From Botryllus schlosseri (taxonomy: Eukaryota): a DNA stretch of 64,000 nt. The number at the start of each line of letters is the position of its first letter. The stretch's first letter is position 1. Location: assembly GCA_051294905.1 (NCBI GenBank), contig CM119378.1, forward strand, positions 310,001 to 374,000. Reading direction: 5' to 3'. Shown piece by piece: positions 59,806-64,000 of this stretch. The position numbers were made by a program, and so were the translations under genes. Below the pieces are notes generated by a model. It was not told where the DNA came from. It did no database searches and saw only the letters and a program-made list of their open reading frames with translations.

Positions 59806-61323
59806 AAAAAAAAAATTAGTTGCCGAACAGCTATAGAAAACACTTGCCGTCGTGTCTCCTGCGTGATGAGAACTTTCCCCGCGTGACAAGTGACGAGGTT
59901 ACTGATAAGGTTCCTGATGTTACCATAACAAAGGATCACATGTTCATTGTCGGCAAGTGGTAGATCCGGTCAACATATTCCGGTCAACAGTTAGGGTCAA
60001 AACATTATATATGACACTCTGATCACAATACTACTATTTGTGGTGGGTGAGTACACTGACTTTTATTTTTTTTCAATTATTTTTTAATTTCTTTATTTTA
60101 ATAATAAAGCCAACGACCTGTGACCGCGTGCAATTGTCGAAGAAGTCGGCGTGATCCCGCGTGCCATGGACACAGTGTATGATGTTCTCGCAACTAGGGC
60201 TGGGCACACTGATTCGAGTACTCGAATCTGAATCGAGTATTAATTTTAATGATTCGAGTCGAGAAGTAAAACACGATTTTTTTCGAGTACTGAAATTATA
60301 AGCTCCTCACCACTGAATGTGAATTGATCAACGAGCATTATAGCTTCGATACTGTTTTCCACTATGGAAGCCTTGAAACCTTGATTGGCCGTATCGCAGC
60401 CTACGAAACATAGCACAAAGCTACGAACGTTACTGGAATTAAAACATTTCCGAAGTCATAATCATCTCACACCATTGTCACAAAGTGCCAAGAAAACGGT
60501 ATGGTCGAAATAATGGCAAAGTAACTTTAATGTGATAGAAAACAGGCTTTATACTATTAATTTTGATCGCCTAATGTCCGCAATGTGTGCACCATTTAAA
60601 TTTAGTCGCGTAATGATCGATCTTCTGTGGTTACCTTGATCGCTTCCAAGTATATACTGTGTTCGGTACCATAGCCAATAACTGACAGGCTCATCAATGA
60701 TTTTAAGATGAGATGGCGTGATGATAAAAATGTGCCAACCCCTGCATATCATTTTGGCAACGCACACAGTCGCATGTTGCCGAACGTGTGTCTCACATCG
60801 TGAAAATATGCCCTCGGCCAAAATGCTGGTTCCTATAAAATATTCGCGATCCCACCGGCTGCACACTGCACATGCACACTCCTATAGACTATTAAAGCAT
60901 CCGAACGGTTTCGTACGATATTAGGTTGCCGTATATATATTTTTGTGGTTTCCCAAAATCAAGAAATTAGATCATGGTAAATCGCACGGAGCGCGAAAAA
61001 AATGTCTAGGATAACTAAAACCTGTCCCAAAAGACTTTGTATTATGTTGATTTATCAAATAATTTTAGGTTTTTCCATTTTGATAACTTGTGTGACATGT
61101 TTTGCAACAGACATGGTTATAATATGTCATGTTCGTAAAATCATATAGCGTGCCATGAAAAATCATCTCGCTGATACAGTGATACTGATACTGAGCACAC
61201 TTATACAGACAAATAGTATCTCCTGCAATGAAAATGGTCGTTGGAACGAGGTATATAGTGCGTCACAACTGCCATCATCAAACCTTGTCGCGGTTCTCAA
61301 GTCGTTGCATTGAAATGGACCAA

Positions 61324-63328
61324 TCATTCCAAAAAAGCAGTGTCCTGAATACAGTTCATCCATATAAACGGGATTTGGAAAATGCACCACGGCAGGATTA
61401 CTCACCGGCAGCATCATCAACACGACACCGGCAGCCCACGAGAGAGGCACGCAAGCCCAGAGCAATCCAAACGAGTAGCCGTAAATTGTCGAAACGGGCG
61501 GGTTCACTGCCATGAACACGATGAGTGCGAGAACGAACGCACCGCCTGAATGTCGATGTTTCAAATATACGGTGACCAAAGTATATAGTCAGTATAGTTA
61601 CTCTAGTAGACGTAATGCCGTGAATTGTAAAGTTCTACTCCATTACAATTAGGGTTAATATGCACAATGATTCGAGTTACATTATCCACTACCATTACAG
61701 TTTGGATGAACTTTTCCAAACGTGGAAGCCTTGAAACCGCAAATAGTCGTATCGCAGCATCCAAACTATGAATACATAATAGTACGATGGTTCCCAACCT
61801 TTTTCAACTCATGGCCCCCTTATCAAGCTCGACATAAATTTTATTCACCAAACTCTGTTCTCTGGTGAATTGACTATAGGTAATTTTTCCGAGACGGTGC
61901 TCGGAAAACTGGATTCCGCAACTCCTGTCCGTTGCTGGGTTCACTTTTTTTAGTCAACTTTCGCGTTATATGCAGAACAAACCGTCTCCACGTGCATGAT
62001 GAAATATATCTCACTGGAAGTTCTAACATTTTTACCCCAATCGCCCCCTTGTTTCTCAAAATTACCCACTGGGGGTGATATCACCCACGTTGGGAAACAC
62101 TGACGTAGTACAGGGCTACAGGCTGCGTACGTTAACCGAAATGACATATCTGTCAAGTCATAATCGACTCACCCACAGCATTGGTGCAAAGTGATATAAA
62201 TATTTGATGAAATGATGCAGGTATGGTCGAAAAATACCAAATAATCTTCATGTGCTTGGTGTGGCCTACGTAGAGCTTGTATTATTTCCTTTGCGGTCGC
62301 ATAGAAAGCACATTTTTGAACTTATCACATCATCCATAAGCACTTTTCGACGCCATAATGAGATATACTCTCCGTGTTTACAAGTAAAAGTGGCATTTTC
62401 CAATAGATGCAAAAACTGCTTCAAGTAGAATAGAAAATGAAAGGCCCGAATGTGCATTACTCAAGTATATCTGGCATACATTTGATAGTAAATTAGAAGT
62501 GGAATACTTTCGAAATAGCTATTCATCTTCGCGAAATCTTGGAAAATATATTCAGCAGCTGTCGTGATGGCTGTTACCCGCGGTTCTTATGATGATGTCA
62601 CAATATAATTTCGCAAACAAAGCTACTTTATACGTTTCATAATCCAAAGCGTAAAATGTATGTAGCTTGATCTAAAAAGTGTTCAAGTCATAGTAGAAGT
62701 AGTATCACAACAAAACCACCTGAGTAGACCGTGAAAGTAAGCTAAGATTACCATATTCCGAAATCCGATAAAGAAGACTCTTTTTACAAGTCGCGAAAGA
62801 TGAAGTAGCATCCATTCATACGGGATATTTTACTGCTAATTTCGATGGAGTGGTTATAAAAAAGGTCAGTCTTCCGACTAAAGCCTAAAAACCCATCCCC
62901 ACGTAGGATTGGTTACAGTTTACCTTTTATTATTGATTAATGATGACCTTTTTTTATTTATTTATTCAACACCACAGGAGTATCGTAAAATGTGAGTAAT
63001 TCGGGAGTCGAGGGTCAAAGTTATGACTTCTTTTTAGTCAGCACAGTATTGGTCGAAAAAATTTCAAAATCACTAGTTTTCTTTTCCAGTAATAGAGCTT
63101 TCAGAATTTTTGAAAAGTGTCTTCTTTTTCGGATCTCAAAATGTTGTAGCCATATAGTGATGGTGATTACAAAGAATACCGAAATCGAACCTGTAACAAA
63201 ACTCAAGGCTCCTCCCAACATCAATTTGCCTTTGCTGTGGCCGAAAAACCTCGCAATGACGATAACGGCAGTGAACGCGATGCACATAATCCCAAGTATC
63301 ACCAGAACGCTGATACCGACCGCCCACA
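61324..63328 (-). CDS. PMP22/EMP/claudin-superfamily tetraspan protein, 3' exons (5' part probably beyond the window)
   Basis: Exons 63191-63328 (WAVGISVLVILGIMCIAF..LGGALSFVT), 61406-61545 (GAFVLALIVF..YGYSFGLLWACVPLSWAAGVVLMMLP) and 61324-61344 (DTAFLE*) join in frame. YGYSF-x-x-x-W before the last TM helix is typical of the family. A further in-phase exon is possible at 63871-63907. Confidence 0.7.
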
Positions 63329-64000
63329 CTGAAAGAAAACAGTTGCAAGGTTAGCAGCCTACCGACAAAATTGGAAAACTAGAAATTTTCAGCTTTACCA
63401 AATTTCATTATAATTACAATGATAGCTACGCAGTTTTTTCGAATTATAGTTTAAAATTGTAATTACAGAATGTGCAAAAACGTGGAAATAGAATTCAATT
63501 CCGGACTTGGAAAGAAATACAACCAAAATAAAGTTCACATCATATCAAATCAGAGTTCATTCTCATAAGCATGGCAAAGTAAAATTACGTTACAATACGC
63601 CAAGGTTGATTCGCCTCGCACGATACAGCTCTATACTGTGGCATTTTCAGGAAAAGCAGATAGTACATTAGAATTAAAACGATAACATAGAAACATTTCA
63701 CAAATTTAGATTAGGATTAGATCAGGGTTATAGCCAAGTCACAAGGTTCCGAGTCACAAGTCCATATGACTTTTATATTTTTGACTCGAATCAAGTCGAG
63801 TCATTTTTCATTCACCACCATATCAAGTTCGAGTCAAGTCAAAAAGCAACGGGTCGAGTCCGAGCCATACTGTTCAGTATCGATTTCAAATCACGTATAA
63901 ATCCCTTCTGTGAAACTCGTGGCTGCTGGCATCGTAGGCCTCAGATACATATTATATAGTCATTTTTCTCACTCTAAGCTTGTTTATTCAAACGGATAAA

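Overview
Repeat-rich invertebrate animal genomic DNA with many short (about 50-80 nt) GT-AG introns. The window opens inside a Penelope-like retroelement (PLE). Its RT ORF is open past base 1, has no C-terminal GIY-YIG endonuclease, and is followed by about 2.2 kb of G-poor 3' tail. The tail carries telomere-like CCCTAA/TAACCC motifs and ends in a hammerhead-like fold next to a CCTAACC-displaying hairpin. It abuts a convergent nhl-1-like TRIM-NHL gene that stops after one NHL repeat, which is consistent with a telomere-attached, endonuclease-deficient PLE at a chromosome end (inference). Other genes, all on the minus strand and spliced by hand: a TMEM184-family gene with duplicated alternative 3' exons and a CLEAR-type promoter motif, a complete exportin-1 (XPO1/CRM1, 24 coding exons) hosting three copies of one intronic box C/D snoRNA, and the 3' part of a PMP22/claudin-superfamily gene. 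Intergenic and intronic DNA holds minimal hammerhead ribozymes (one inside a perfect 33-bp inverted repeat), nested hAT-type MITEs with 8-bp TSDs, tRNA-derived SINEs and CR1/L2-group LINE remnants. Family assignments come from motif recognition, not database searches.
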